Part shown: positions 25,305-39,988 of the stretch, piece by piece | Position numbering within the stretch: position 1 is the stretch's first letter | How the letters are laid out: each line of letters begins with the position of its first letter | Position numbers and translations under genes: made by a program | Notes under the pieces: generated by a model | Databases searched by the model: none | The model's input: the letters and a program-made list of their open reading frames with translations, nothing else | What the model was told of the DNA's origin: nothing | Source: Octopus vulgaris | Taxonomy: Eukaryota | Assembly (NCBI GenBank): GCA_951406725.2 | Contig: OX597830.1 | Span: 5,146,001-5,210,000, forward strand | Length of the DNA: 64,000 nucleotides | Reading direction: 5' to 3'

Positions 25305-25765
25305 AAGCTATATGTATGAGTGGGTGTGTATAAATACATGAGTACAAATATATATATATATACACACACACATACATGTGTGTGCATGTATGTGTATGTA
25401 TATATATATATATACACACATGTATATATGTTTATTATATATCGTATTGCATAAATATATATATATTGTATATACCATATATATTATACATATATTCTTT
25501 ATATAATATACATATATATATATATATAAACAATATATATATAAATTATATAATGCATATATATATATAATAATACTTATATATTTCATATACATACACA
25601 TATTTAATACATATGTAACACACAAACTATATATATGTCTATAAATTTGTATGCATGTCTGTGTATGTATATGTGGTGTGTATGTATGTGCGTATATATG
25701 TATATACATACATACAGACACTATATACATATATATGTATGAGTGTTTTTGTTTATGTGTATCTA
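25305..25765. repeat. TA/CA/TG low-complexity tract
   Basis: Interrupted dinucleotide repeats; source of spurious Y/I/M-rich ORFs. Confidence 0.9.
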
Positions 25766-27154
25766 TGTCATGAAATTAATACACATTGTTTACAAATGAG
25801 AAAACTAATCATGGAACCAGCTTTTTATATGACGGATTTAAAACTTGATGAGGTGAGAGAAACAATCTCATTCAGTTAACAGAGGTTTTGTTCCAATCTT
25901 AATACTTAGTGGTTTGTGAAATGAATACTAATCCATGTATCTATGAAGAATTGTACTCTGAGAATCATCAGCATATTAAATAGGCTCTCTGAGATGGAGT
26001 TTTGGCTTGCTGACTCATTACGTTGTTTAAAATGGGACAGAAGAGCCTATTGGAATTGGTAGATCTCTGAGGTTTTCCCAGCAATGCTTATATGAATGAA
26101 AATCTCAGAGGCAATCTATTATAAAATTATTCAAATTTTATCCCCAACCCAACAAAACAGTCTAAACATAAAATAGAAAAATCTTTTTTTTTATCTTCTC
26201 ATTGACATGCTCACTTAATTTATTTGAAATTTATTCAATGGGAATGGGAAAATAAGAAGGAAGAGATGAAAAAGAAGGAAGAGAAATTTAAAATACATAA
26301 TTTGAAACTGAATTACGCTAGGAATCAAGAAATTGCTAGAAGAGAAAACTGCATTTATATATGGTTCTGAGCAGATGTAGAGAGAAACTGCCTAGCATTT
26401 TTAACACATTGAAGAAATATTAAAAGAAAATAATACACATATAAGCCAAGGTATGTGAAAGAAAGTTTTAAAAGATGCAATTTTTAAAAGCAGAAAAGAA
26501 AGATAAACAAAGCGCCATTTTTTGTGAGGGATGGGGGGGTTGTTTGTTTATTTCATTATCACTCTTATATAGTAAGTATATACTAAGTGTGTAATTACTA
26601 ATTTTTGTTGCTAATGTATATTAAAACACTGTTTTGAGGGAATATGTATCGAAACCATATCTCCCACTTCCTGTGAGATGGAAAAAATCTAAGTATATAT
26701 CTACCAATAAAAAAGAAAAAAATGAAAATCTTTTTTTTTTTAAATAAAATTATGGTATAAAGAAGTAAATCTGTCACTAGCCACATGAATGTTAAATAAA
26801 CCGAAGACATTTTACTATTTATTATGGTAGATAGCTTGAAATAGCCAGTACTGACTTTTAGCTCATAGCTGCCAGAGTCCCTAATTATTAAACTGTTAGG
26901 TATCATTTGGAAGTAATTTCATTTATATCATTTTCTAACATGGGATAAGTGTTGAATAAAGGGTTTTAAGGCTAGGATGAAATAAAAGAAAAAAAAATGA
27001 ACAATCATATGAAGGATGTTTTTTTTATCACATCAGTTTATTTTAAAATATGTGGTTATGCATATTAGTTTACTGTGCATATATGGTGACGCTAAACATA
27101 CACCATTACACACAAATGTTTATATATGTACATGAATTACACATATGCAATCAC

Positions 27155-27189
<35 letters not shown>

Positions 27190-29106
27190 GATGTGTGTTT
27201 ATGTTTTTATGCAATACAAAAACAAGAGTTCCTTACACACTTCATCTATAAGTGTGTAGCATCAATATGTATGTGTGTGTGTGTGTGTGTGTATAGGATC
27301 TGATACTCTGGTTTAATACAGCTCCCCATATGCGATTCATTTAGAGAGTTTCTCCCAGTGAAGACAAACGTTACTACGGTGACATAGGACTCTATGAAAC
27401 TGATGGTATGAAAAGGGAGTTCTAGTTCTGTCAAACACTCATTTGACTAAGCAGAAATATATGCTGCCTGTAGTAAAACATATGAATAGATATATCCATA
27501 TACACATTTAATATTTTATAAGAACATATGCAAATATATGTATAATGTCTCATGTGTGTGTGTGCATATATGTATATACAAATATACACACACACATACA
27601 CATACACACAAATATTAACACACATACACACACCAATGTAGGTTCATTAACAATGTATATTTTAAAATATATACATTTAAATTAAAGGCAGGATTTATTC
27701 ATCTGCTTTAGATATTTAACTTGTCCAAATGTTACCCTAACCCACAGTTTATCTCATTAATGAGAGAAGAAAAATACAAAAGTATAACCATACATTATTA
27801 ATCACCTGTGCACAAAAGTGGCAAAAATGTACAATGTACATGGATATGACATAATATATGTATCAGATATGTATGTATCATATGAGCTCCAAATAGAAAT
27901 CACAGGATGAAGTTACATGAAAAATACATCGGATTCAAGGGGAGACAACTAGAGGAACAGAGAGGGAGAGAGAGAGGCAGAGAGAGAGAGAGAGAGAGAA
28001 AGAGGGTAAGACAAAAAGGCAACTCATTTGGTTTACGGAAGCATAACCGTTAGAAATTATTTTGGAACTAAATCTGATGTTGTTGGCTTTGCTGAACAAG
28101 TCAAGAATTTGAATTTAATTTCTAAAAAAAATGACAAAGGCAAGATAAATAATCAACAGAGCAATCTGATTTGTTTAAAACTGGAAAACTAATAGAAGAA
28201 ATGTTTCTAATAAGTTCCTGTACTTTTTCATTATAAAAAGGTGTACAAGAAATTTAAGATTATTTGCCTAACAAATACAAATTTACTGAACCTTGTAATG
28301 GACTGTTATTGGAATATATTTTATAAGCATAAATATACTATCAAAGATCTCCTAGGAAATGAAATAAACTGTGTGTTTGTATGTGTGTGTTTGTGTGTGT
28401 ATGTATGCATGTATGAGCATGTGTATATTCTCAATTCGTTATAAACGTCTATCAGGAATATCAAAAAAGGTGGTTTGTTTTTGGAATGTCTATAGAAGTG
28501 AAAATAAAGTCTCTGCATGCACACTCCATTCTCATTGAGTGAAACAGAATCAGTTACTAGTACAGATGGTAAATTTTTATTGACAAGGTCTATTATAAAT
28601 TAATAATAATAATAATACTTACAATCAATGTCTTACATTAATACCACTGGACTAATTAATCCATGATATAATTGACTTTTATGTATGTATCTATACAAAA
28701 TAAATATCACATTTTCTCTGTTTGGGAAGAATACATTTTCATAGAAAATTTCAGTTTATTTGGAAAATAAAACAATGTTGTACTAAATAAATCCATCACT
28801 TTTCTAACAAATTACAACAAGTTCAAAACAGTATCACAGACAATGATAGTATTTTTACATACACCTAATTCTAATTGCAACAAGATCCAGATATAAGAAT
28901 ATAGTTGACCACAGGCTAATGTATCATAAAAAGTGATGCTGGTCAGTAATAAATTATGTTTCAACAACTAAGATGACACAAACTGAAATGTTTTTTACAT
29001 TAATTAGTTCTTCAAGTATGAAAGAGAACTAAAGGAAGTGAGGGGATGGTACTTCTCTGAAAGCAGGCATAAAAACAAAAATGTATATGTGTGTATATAT
29101 GTATGC

Positions 29107-29109
<3 letters not shown>

Positions 29110-29152
<43 letters not shown>
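29110..29152. repeat. (TA)n microsatellite
   Basis: Direct reading. Confidence 0.95.
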
Positions 29153-29156
<4 letters not shown>

Positions 29157-30232
29157 CATTACAAATTTAACATATATTTAGTATATGTGAATAAAAACTT
29201 CCTTATAATTGCATCCCTATCAAAAAGCACATTGATTGAATAACATCTCGAAATAATGTTACTCTGTTTCTAATTTGAGTCCTGTTCTTTCCTGACTGTA
29301 TCGATGCAGACAAGTACTCACCTCTATCCATGTGAACAACGCATTTTACAGAAACTTAAACAAATACAAATTCATATTATGTTGGTAAAGTTACGTTTCC
29401 TTCATAAATATTGATATATGCATAAATGTAGCAGTTGATAAATTTAGACAGCCTAAAATAGTTTTATTTTAATAATACAGCCTCCAGAAATGTTACTTTT
29501 TGTTGGATGGGGCTTGGAGAAAAGATGTACATATATAAAAGGACACAAGGAATCTTATGTATACATTGATACACATAAAGCTAAAGTATAAAATGTGCAC
29601 AAACTGCTGCCATTAATCGTATTGAAAGATATTCAAAATTTTCCATCTGTTGGAATTATTTAGTAATCTGCAATGAAATTAGTACAATGCAGATAGACTA
29701 ACAGTGATTTTGTGTATGAGTGTGTGTGTGTGTGTGTGTGTGTTGTCGGCTGAATCCTGCCGTCATCAGTTTATTTATTAATGCGGTATTCATCTACAAA
29801 GATCTTTCAGATTGAATGAAAGAATGAAACTGTGTGAATATTTCATGTTATTTCATTTAGCGCCAAATTGCAAAGAAAAATAATGTTGGTTTTAGCCATT
29901 GCTAACATAGTCAGCAGTTATTGTTCAAGAAAGATGAGGAGTCATTGTGGATGTTCAACTATAAGGCTACTGTAACAACACTAGGAAATATTTCTTCAAA
30001 AATGAATAACAATAATAGGAATAATACAAACTTCTCAAAGTTATATATTTTATTGATTTCGATTCAACTACAAATGGCTAAAGACCTCAGAAGAATTGTT
30101 GTTATTGCTTCTGCTAAAGTTCCATTCAGATTTGCTTAAGAATAGAACAAATAGATTTGATCCTTATATTTTCAAGTAAGCAAGAAAACTAGGACAAAAC
30201 AAAGTTTCTTTGTTTAATAATAGTTATATACA

Positions 30233-30235
<3 letters not shown>

Positions 30236-30271
<36 letters not shown>
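30236..30271. repeat. (TA)n microsatellite
   Basis: Direct reading. Confidence 0.95.
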
Positions 30272-30277
<6 letters not shown>

Positions 30278-33200
30278 GGGTAAGTTCCATTAGCTGTCAC
30301 CTAAAGTATCAACTTCCATATACACATACCTTAGGTTATATTATTCTAAACTAGAAACTAAAAGAAGTATGTAATGACAAGAATAGTTGAATGAATGAAT
30401 GCTGTAATGTGAGAAAGCATGGAATTGTGCACAGTTGAAAATGTCAACAAATTCCCCAAACTACATGTGACCCTAAAATACACCTGCTAAGGAATGAGAT
30501 AGAAGTAGATCAAACTATAAGAATTAATATTATAAAGTGACAAAGCAGAACATTCTAAACATAACTACTACTAATTCCTTGTAAATATTCTTTTAAAACC
30601 AATTATTCAATACATACTCTTTGATAGCATTTTCTGAACAGATCTGCTCACATCTGGCAGCAAAACCAAACAAGAAACTACAACTAGAGATTTTTATTCC
30701 TCAGTAAGTTGTGAACGGTGATTTATTACACCCTTGTAAATATACACATATACACACATCTAAGACAAGTATAATGAAGAAAGAAAAATACAAAAAAAAT
30801 TGTTTTTTGTTTATTTTATAACTATTTCTTTATCCTGAATTTCATTCCATAAAGTAAGAAAGCTTCAATGAAATACTGCCAAAGACCAACCTAAAATGAA
30901 TGCAATAGTATTTATTTATTCATCTATTAAGTTGTTGGGCAAAAAATATTGTTTGGGTTTTTTTGTTTATTTTTTCTTCTTGTTTTTTTTTTCTTTTAAT
31001 ATGTCTGCATGCAATAGGTGGCAGCACAGGAAAAACAAAAAATGTCTCCTTTTGTATGTCAGTGTTCATTCAAGGATTTTTTTTTGTCTTCTTTTAATGC
31101 TTATTTCAAAGTGAAATCATCTGTAGTTATCTTGCACATGATAATTGTCAAACTTTAAAAAAAAACTAAAAAAAAACAACAAAAACACTAGAAATATTTA
31201 AGTTTCTAAAGTTAAATTGGTTTCATTTTTCAACCAAATATTTCAACAGAATCCTATCTATAAAGTTACACAAACAAAGAATATATAAAACAGCTATGTT
31301 ATACAAGGAAATTATGGCTAGCCAGATGGTTCTGAAACAGAGGATTTTAATATTTATAATTTAATAATTTCTCTTCAGATTTTAAATATTTTAGGGAAAA
31401 TGATGCTTGTATTTTTAATTTTTTGCTGGCACAGTATCTAAGAGTTTTAGAATGTATTTATTTGGTTGATACACAACCTTACCTGATGACAAAATACTTC
31501 TACCAAACATCACCAATGTTAACCAGACTGCATGGGAAATTTGGAAAAAATTTTTTTTCCTTAAAAAGTTCATCCCACATGACACCTAAATTAATTGTAG
31601 CGATTTGTTTTCTTTATAAAAAATTTATCAATATATTATTTAAATTTTGACTTTGGTTTTGAAATACATTTTCTTTTATAAAATTTTTTTTAAAAAGTGT
31701 TTTTTTTTAAATAACTGTTTTAAATCAAAATTTGAGTATATATATATATATATATATATATAACAAATTTGTTATATTTTAATGGTGTTTTATACTTGTG
31801 TTTTCAACTAATTTAATATATTTATTAAGAAAACAATGAAATAAAATCATCGAAGACCATAATATTTATAATCAGATGTTCATATATTTTTCATTTCCTA
31901 AGCTAGTTAATGAAGAAAAAGTAGTTGTTTTTCTATAAAGAAATTTTAATGCAGTTAAATTTTTATTTCTTAGGGCACTTATCTGTGTCATTTCTGTTAA
32001 TGAAAAATTTCTGTTCATCACTCAGAGCCATAAGTTGACAGGTTTTAGGCAAAGCTAAAACAAAAAGGAATTTTTAAATTTTGAATTTTCTTTAAAGAAC
32101 ATTAATATTAGGAATAAGAAAATGACTTGAATTAGTCTGTCTGAATAAACAATTTTTCAAAGATATTATTTTGAAACCTTTCCAGAACAGATAAATACCT
32201 TTTTTTGTTATGTTTTTGTACTAAGGATTCATAAGATTTTTTGAAAAATTTCACTTTCTTAATTGACAATCAGTATATAAAAGAAAAAGAAAATTCATTT
32301 CTATTTCCCAAATTATTGAATTAAATTTAAAATTAGCTATTTGCTTTGAATAAATTTTTCCTATCAAAAATAGCTTGAAAATTTAAATTTAGGCCATCTT
32401 TTATAAACGATAAAGCAGAATTTACAAGGTTTGAGTGTTATTTTATTTCTTACAGGTAGGTTATGAAGTTTTTAAGCATTCTCTAAATTCACAACTTTAA
32501 TGATGTAAAGTTGAAATTATACTGAACTACTTTAAATTGACTTTAAATCTAGGACAAGTTTTATGTTGATTAAAATTTGGAAGTAAAGTTAAAAATATCA
32601 TAAAGTAAAAAGTTTAAGCTAAAAATATAACTGAAAATATCTAAAAATGTTCAGCAAAATTGTGTGTAAGTGTGTCTTCATGGATGTATATGTTTATCTG
32701 ATTTACAAATATCCCCAAAGAGATTGCATTGAGAGGCAAAACTTTTTAAAAAGGAAACCATAAAATTTGACAAAATATCATGATCCAATTTCTGCAATAA
32801 TGTGTGCAAGCATATAGTAACAACACTGGAGTAATTATTATCATTAACACTGATGAATTAATGAAAATTGGATTAGAATTCATAAGGAAACAGTTAATCC
32901 CCAAACTTTGCAGTTGGCTTTTTTCAGTTTAGGCTTTTCTGATTGCAGATTCACAACAATGTGAGTGAGATTATCAATAACCTGAATAACTTGAGAATTT
33001 AGCTTAAAGCTAAGACATCAGTCAACATCCTATTTGTTACTTTAAGTCAAACGAAAACTGATAAATTGCAGTTTTTCTCTTCTTTCCTAATAACCTTGAC
33101 TCGTTTCAAATGTAACAAATGCATTTATAAAGTTTACATATACCAATCTACACACACAGAGGCATACAAGCATACACATAGACACAAGCACGCACACAGA

Positions 33201-33613
33201 CACACATAGGCATGAGCACACACACATACACGAAGCTAATTCAATAATGATCATCATCATTCTTCTTACGTTGTTACTGAAGTGTTAAAATGTTTGTGAT
33301 AAGCTTAGGGGAAATATTGAAAATATTGTGATACCTCTTTCGTAGAAGACTGACTGAACTATTATTTACTGCATAGCATACACCTTAATAACAGGGGTGA
33401 CAATCTCTCTGCCTAATATCAATCTCATTAAATGCCTGCACATAAACCACCATCATTTTATGTCTGTTTTTCTAACTCTGCTTGGGTTGGAAGAAGCACA
33501 GCATCTTCATTAACCATCTCCATCTTGAGATCAACCTTCACCATTTCTTCCAAAGTCTTCCTCTTCTGCAGATTCCTTGTCATTTCTTTGCCAACACACA
33601 GAGATATAAATAC

Positions 33614-33850
33614 TATCATCATCATCATCTTTATGTCTATATTTCCATGTCTGTATGAGTTTGAAGGGATATCTTAGAGTCAGTTCTTATTCACATTTAC
33701 TACCCTCCTGCACAGTCTGGGCACATCATCTCATTCATAGGGCTCATTGTTGACATGGTTTCTAGATATCCCTCTTAGCACCAACTACTTTACATCATAT
33801 AGTGGGTGCATTATTATCATGGCAACATCATTAGAGAGATTGATTTGTCT
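33614..33850 (-). mobile_element. Old RTE 3'-tail fragment
   Basis: (CAT)n..TTTCCATG..GCACCAACTACTTTACA. Confidence 0.5.
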
Positions 33851-34549
33851 TTCACAAGTTTACAGAGTCCTACCATTTCTTGTCTTCATTCACTTGCCAA
33901 TAATTACTTTTAATTGCACCAACAACATATAGGACTTGTCTTGTCCTTAGCAAGACTAAAGATTCCTTTCTACCTAACACTATTTCCATTCACTGACCAC
34001 AGGGTTGCTGCATCCTTAGCTGTAGCAATCCCTTACAGCCAGAAGAGAGTGTGGTAAAAGAGAAACCCAAGTCAAAGTGAATGGAGTGAGAAAAAATAAA
34101 GGAAAAGAGATAGTAATGGACTGCTATATGACATTTGTTGGTAAGGGGATTGAATAGAAATAAGTGTGGTGTAAATGAAGAGGGGGAGATGAGGGAAAGA
34201 AGGTTATAAGATAGGGAATGCAAAAAGTAAGGGACTGCTAAGAGAGAGTGTGAGGGATGTCAACATAGGTATGAGAGGGGAAAATGTGAGAAAGAACGAG
34301 ATCTAGCAATAAAGAAGAGACAATATAGAATGGACTGAAAAGGGAAAGATTCAATGCAATGCCATCCTCATCATAGAAGCAGGCAGAGAAAATGATGGTA
34401 GAGAGGCACATTGATAGAAGGGATGTATGATGGATGAGGGCAGGAATGATGAGTGAAAGAGAGAGGGAGAACAGTATATAAAGATTTAATAAAGACTTTG
34501 TGGTCAAGAGAAACTCAAATGTAAATATTATTCATCTCAATATCCATCA

Positions 34550-35510
34550 CTAACATCATCTGATTTTTTACATCCATTTTTCCAAGCATGCATTGTTTGG
34601 GTGGGTCTTCTCTAGTCAGCACTTTGCCATGAGTCACATTCATTTGTCATCTTCTCCATAATAATCAGCCTCTTGAGAACAGTCTTCACCACTCCATTTT
34701 ATGCCTTCCTTGTCTTTCCACATCCACAGGCTCCATCCATTCGGAACATTGATACTTCTTTATGCAACTGCCATCCTTCATATTGTATCGGATGCCATTA
34801 CAAGTGCAGCTTTCTCTTTTGCATAAGACATCTGATTCCTCTGAGTCCTCAACTCATTTCCTCTCTGCTGTTCATGGTCACTAACAATATACATCCAGCA
34901 AAGTAGGCTTCCTCCATTTTTTGTCTAACCTTCAAAAATCTTTCACACTCAAAGCTTACATATTGTACTTAATACATCATTCAATCTGTACATCAAAAAG
35001 AGAAAAACTTTTTGTTGCCAGCAGAGACAGTAACTCTCGGAAATCCCACACTCCTGTTCATACTCTGACCACAACAAGCATCACAGCTAATTAGGTCACC
35101 TAGGTAAGAAAGGCGGTGAGCTGGTAGAAATGTTAGCATGCCGGGCGAAATGCGTAGCCGTTATGTTCTGAGTTCAAATTCCGCCGAGGTCGACTTTGCC
35201 TTTCATCCTTTCAGGGTCGACTAAATAAGTACCAGTTACGCACTGGGGACGATATAATCGACTTAATCCGTTTGTCTGTCCTTGTTTGTCCTCTCTGTGT
35301 TTAGCCCCTTGTGGGTAGTAAAGAAATAGGTAAGAAAAGCGACTGACCATTTCTAGGAAGCCCTCCAAGCATTTCAAGGAGATTATGTGTACTCTGTCTA
35401 CTTACTCTTCTGTATATCTGTCATAAACAGAGTTTACCTTTTCTCTCAGTCTGCTTGCAACCCCGCTACACCTTTTGCGCATCCATCATTTACAATGGAT
35501 TTACTGTATA
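34550..35510 (-). mobile_element. Old RTE fragment interrupted by a SINE
   Basis: Tail CATCCATTTTTCCAAGCATGC; minus strand FSYLGD (FxYLG motif) at the SINE insertion point; GTCATAAACAGAGTTTACCTTTTCTCTC..CACCTTTTGCGCATCCA resembles 4320-4385. Confidence 0.6.
35112..35326 (+). mobile_element. SINE family B, young copy with TSD
   Basis: Starts GGCGGTGAGCTGGTAGAA, retains CpGs; 11-bp TSD TAGGTAAGAAA at 35101-35111 and 35327-35337. Confidence 0.92.
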
Positions 35511-35949
35511 GAAATGCTACTGAATACTTCAAATATCAAGCACGACAACTTACACAATAAGACACAGCTTGTCATTGTTCCTCCTGATACTTAACTCATT
35601 TAATTCAAATCATCACAATTTTTCTTTCTTTTTTTTTTCTGATTAGTTTGAAATCAAACTTCATGACATCTTATTTAGAGACATTCATAAATTAAAATAT
35701 TTCATCTTGTAGATTAAAAATTGGGAAGATACTAATTTTGAAATAAATAGAGGAAAGGTATCACCAAATAGTTTAATCCTTTTATAATTCTCTCTTATTT
35801 CCACGGTAACATTTCAACTAATAAGCTCTGGCCAATTTTCATGTTTACTTACAGCTTCAGAAAAACCAACAATAAAAGCTTATAGCAATTCAATATTCAA
35901 TGTGGATAGACAATAAAATAACTGACACTTCATAGAAGTAAACCAAAGA

Positions 35950-36750
35950 CCTTTGCAGGTTCACAGAGAACAGCTGAGATCAATAGATATTCACTGTTTC
36001 ATTCTATGAAAGATGGTAAAAGCCTCAATTTATCAAGGTTTGAGAATTAGGCACCAACCATTTTTCTGATGATTGCACATGGCTTAATCAAATGGATATG
36101 AGTAGATTCTGTTGATATTGTTGATTGAAAGTCATGTTGCTGGGGACAACCAAAATCCCACAGACAATTGCAGTGAAGATGGTTAGCGGCAATAACACTG
36201 GGATCAGAAAAGTATTTCAGAGTTACTAGCTATAAAAGCTTCACCTGTTAAACAGTCCAAGAAAATCTGGATCTTGATGACATGTACAAGGGGTTAGAGG
36301 AGAGAACAATAATACAGCACACTTATTTCTACCACTTTAAAAGTATTCAAAGTAAGACTGCATTAATGGCAGGGTTGTTTTCTTTCATGGTAAGAAAATA
36401 AGACTAGGATATTTTGTAGTCTGAGACTAATGAGGGAGAGACTGTTTCAGAGGAATGATTTCAAAGTCAATAGCCTTCAACATTTCATTAGGTTCGATAA
36501 TACAGGAAAGATTATCAAACATTGAATAAAATAGTTTGGTCAAGGGAATGTGAGCATACTCTATAATTGTAATTGTATTTGGGTAGTGATATACACAGTA
36601 TTTTAACTTCTCTTTTAATTCTCTCAAATGAATTACATTTGTGAGGGTGATAACTTTCAAGAATTGTAGGGACTGATCTTTTATCTCATATGGCACCGAC
36701 ACAACATTTACTTACCTGTTCTATGATTGTTAGTTCGCAGAAAGCAACAG
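35950..36750 (-). mobile_element. Possible highly decayed LINE endonuclease region
   Basis: ORF 36427-36702 contains CVYHYPN (compare CxYRPP of CR1/Jockey APE domains); no other clear motif. Confidence 0.3.
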
Positions 36751-37997
36751 AATGTAAATTAGGGAGAGTATGACTGGGGAAATTGTCTTCACTTTTCCCT
36801 TGGTTATTTCACATAGTTCAGGATAGAAATATACTTGTTTGAATTTAATCAAAATTTGCACAGTTAGGAAATTTAATTATTTATTTGTAGAAAGAATAAA
36901 ATGAATGAGACATACAAATTTGTGACGAACTGAGCTATTTTAGAGATATGCATGTATCATTTACTGACATGTATTCATAGATGCAGGTTAGTTTGTAAAG
37001 AATAAGTTGAAATTTATTTAGATTACAATTATTTGAGATGGCAAAAGCCTCTCAATGATAATGTTGACAAATACTGTATTTTACTCTACAAGAATTTCAC
37101 TACAGTTATTGTAATTGCGTGGAGGAAACTAACAAATATGATCTACAGCAAATCCAAAACCCTAGACTCTGGAAACAACTGAACCATTTGACACAATAAT
37201 ACAATACTGTAACTTATGGTTTTACAATTTTAATTTGAAGAAGATAAATATCCAAATTGGAAAACCATTTTACTGTAAGGTATAGGAATTTAAGCTTCAT
37301 TGCAGTAAACTATGATGAATAATTAAACCTATAGGCCCACAACTAAGCAGGTAACTAGCTCTGGATTATAAATTTACTCCTGCAGAAGAGCAGTAAAAAC
37401 ATACAACAGCAAATATTACTAATTATTATTGTCTTATTGTTTTGTGGCTTGAAATCACTGACAGATATTTCATTTCAAATATTGGTTATATTGATGAATC
37501 TTAATTAAAATTGATAGACTGATAGCCAAATAGAAAAGCAATAGCAAACTAATTAGAGAGAGAGGGAGAGAGGGATTAGTTTCCAAATAAAATATTTTAA
37601 ATATAAACCTCAACATAATATAGAGCAATGAAGATGACATGTATATCAAACATTTAACTGAAAAGTCTGTCTAGTCTACTGACAATTAGATTGTTATATA
37701 GAATCTTACCAGTTGTCTTTAACATTTACTGCATACATAAAAAAACCTAAGCTCACTTTCTCTTATGACAACTTTTTCACAGGACCGTTGTATAGATATT
37801 ATTAGGATATTTCTATAGAAAGCCTGCATATATCTTCTCACAAAAATCAAAGACAACATAATTTTGTTTCTGAACAACAAAATAGAATTTTTTAAAAAAT
37901 CATTATTTTTACATGGGAACTTATTAAATTTTCAAAAGTTAGAACATAAGCTTAAATAAAGCAATGTCAGTAAAACACAAAGAATTTGAATATCTCT

Positions 37998-38050
37998 TTA
38001 ATTATGGTTTAACGGTTTAATTATGGTTTAAATTATGGTTTAATTATGGT
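37998..38050. repeat. Short tandem repeat, unit TTTAATTATGG, about 4.5 copies
   Basis: Direct reading. Confidence 0.85.
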
Positions 38051-38324
38051 GTAATATTGATTTCTTTCATTGGCACAATGTAGGAAGTTATACCAACAGA
38101 AATTTGTTGTATAGTTGTAAGTAGATGTAATCAATTTAGATGACCCCAGTATAACCTTCATCCATTAACTATGGAAGAATAGAAAACAAAGTAAACCCCT
38201 GTGATGTTTGAAAACAGAATATAGATGGACAAATCAAAATATTGATAGGCATTTGGGGTTTTTTTTTTAATTACCATTCATGGTAAATAATAACTTTTAA
38301 ATTTACCTTTTATTTGTTTTTGTC

Positions 38325-38515
38325 ATTGGACTTCAGCCATGTTGGGACACTGCCCTAAAGAGTTTAAGTTGAACAAATCTCTTTTGCTGAACACTGAAGT
38401 CATGGGGGACATAAACAAACCAACACGAGTTGATGGGGGACAGACACACACTTATATAAACATGGCAGCCCAAGGTGCCACACCTGAAAACAGTTAGGAA
38501 GCACACATTACTTAT
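38325..38515 (-). mobile_element. Deleted SINE family A copy
   Basis: GTCATTGGACT..GCCATGTTGGG..GGGGACATAAACAAACCAACA..GCCCAAGGTGCCAC. Confidence 0.65.
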
Positions 38516-39845
38516 GAAAAAATTTATTCTTGATTGTGTGTTCACCATCATCATCATCATCATCAGGCCTTCTACTAATTACTATGTCCTGATGCCCTGG
38601 GGTTCCTTCATTGAAATTCCCTCCAAAGTCATACCATTCTTGCAAGTGTTGATTCATAAAAGTTCAAAAGGGACATGGCTTCCATCTTACAATTTAGGAG
38701 GTCCTGCAAAGACCACGGGCACTGACCTGCTCACTTTCTCCAGGCCCTAAATTATTTGATCAGTTAAGAGTTTAGGAGGAATAAAATCTGATTTTCATTT
38801 GAAGAAAATAAAAAATATTTAAAGCTATTTAATTCACAAAATTAAAGTTAAGTAACTAAGAAGATTTTAAAAAGTGAAATCAAATATTTTACAATATTAT
38901 CCTCATTAATAATTATTACATAAATGTTATCGATGTTTCAAAAAATTATTTTTATTCCAAATGTTTTCAGTCCCTTTAAGAAACACTATTTCTAAGTTAT
39001 AGATCACGAAAAAAAGATTAAAATTAAAAGAAAAAAAAATCAAAGCAGCTGTTCTTTGAAGAAGTTATTTTCTCTTTAAATATAATATTGAAGAATTATT
39101 TGTTTTTGCCATAATAATAAAACTAAAATAACAATTTAGATCAAAGCAAGCTTGGCAGATTCAATCTAAAACTTCATTGTGGCTTAATGACAAACATACA
39201 AAAAAAAACCATAAATCATTATATATTTATTTTAACCCTATAGATCGTAGTTTGTCTAAAAAGTCTTTTTAACTTTCAAAAATATAATATAAGGATTAAG
39301 AGAAAAAAATATAAGTAATGAAAAATAATTTGCTAATTAATCTTTAAACACAAATGTTTGCAAGTCAAATTTACCATTCTAATTATATATATACATACAT
39401 ACATACATACATGCTGTGAAATATATATGGCCGACATCTTTATTTGAACAACATAACTGTTAAGTATGTCAAAGTTCTTGTAAATACTAGCAGATGTTTA
39501 CTTTGTAAGACACCACTAAAGCTTTATATTCTACTCTAAGTGGTTTATTTAAACACAGAAATCAACTTGTTTGACATTTACTATGTTTGTCAAGGAAGTT
39601 TACAAAGATTGGTAAGTATATCTGACTACACATTTATTGGCTACTTGCTGATTTACTAATATTCTCTTTAAAATCCAATTTTAGCAGTCAAATTGCTCGT
39701 GTTCTTCTGCTGAATAACAAAATGTAGCAAATTTTACTGCTTTAAAATATCAAAGTAATAAATAATGTATTACAGTATCTGTGTTGGTCCAACATAGGTA
39801 GATTACATTCAAAGTATGGCTACTACATTTAGTTGGATTTTTAAA

Positions 39846-39847
<2 letters not shown>

Positions 39848-39893
<46 letters not shown>
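39848..39893. repeat. (TA)n microsatellite
   Basis: Direct reading. Confidence 0.95.
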
Positions 39894-39899
<6 letters not shown>

Positions 39900-39988
39900 T
39901 ATTAGGGTAATAAGAATTATAGAAATTATTGTTACCAGTGGCCTAGCACACAAAAAAATAGTCAATAAACTATATATTATTCACATAA

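Noticed and set aside
33990-34510. Long purine-rich strand-asymmetric tract with minus-strand Leu/Ser/Phe ORFs (also 48860-49150)
   Set aside because: Decayed GA-rich low-complexity sequence; the ORFs are compositional.
36716-36773. Minus-strand exon-like segment with a GTAAGT donor
   Set aside because: Short pyrimidine tract, located in probable decayed LINE sequence, and no partner exons.
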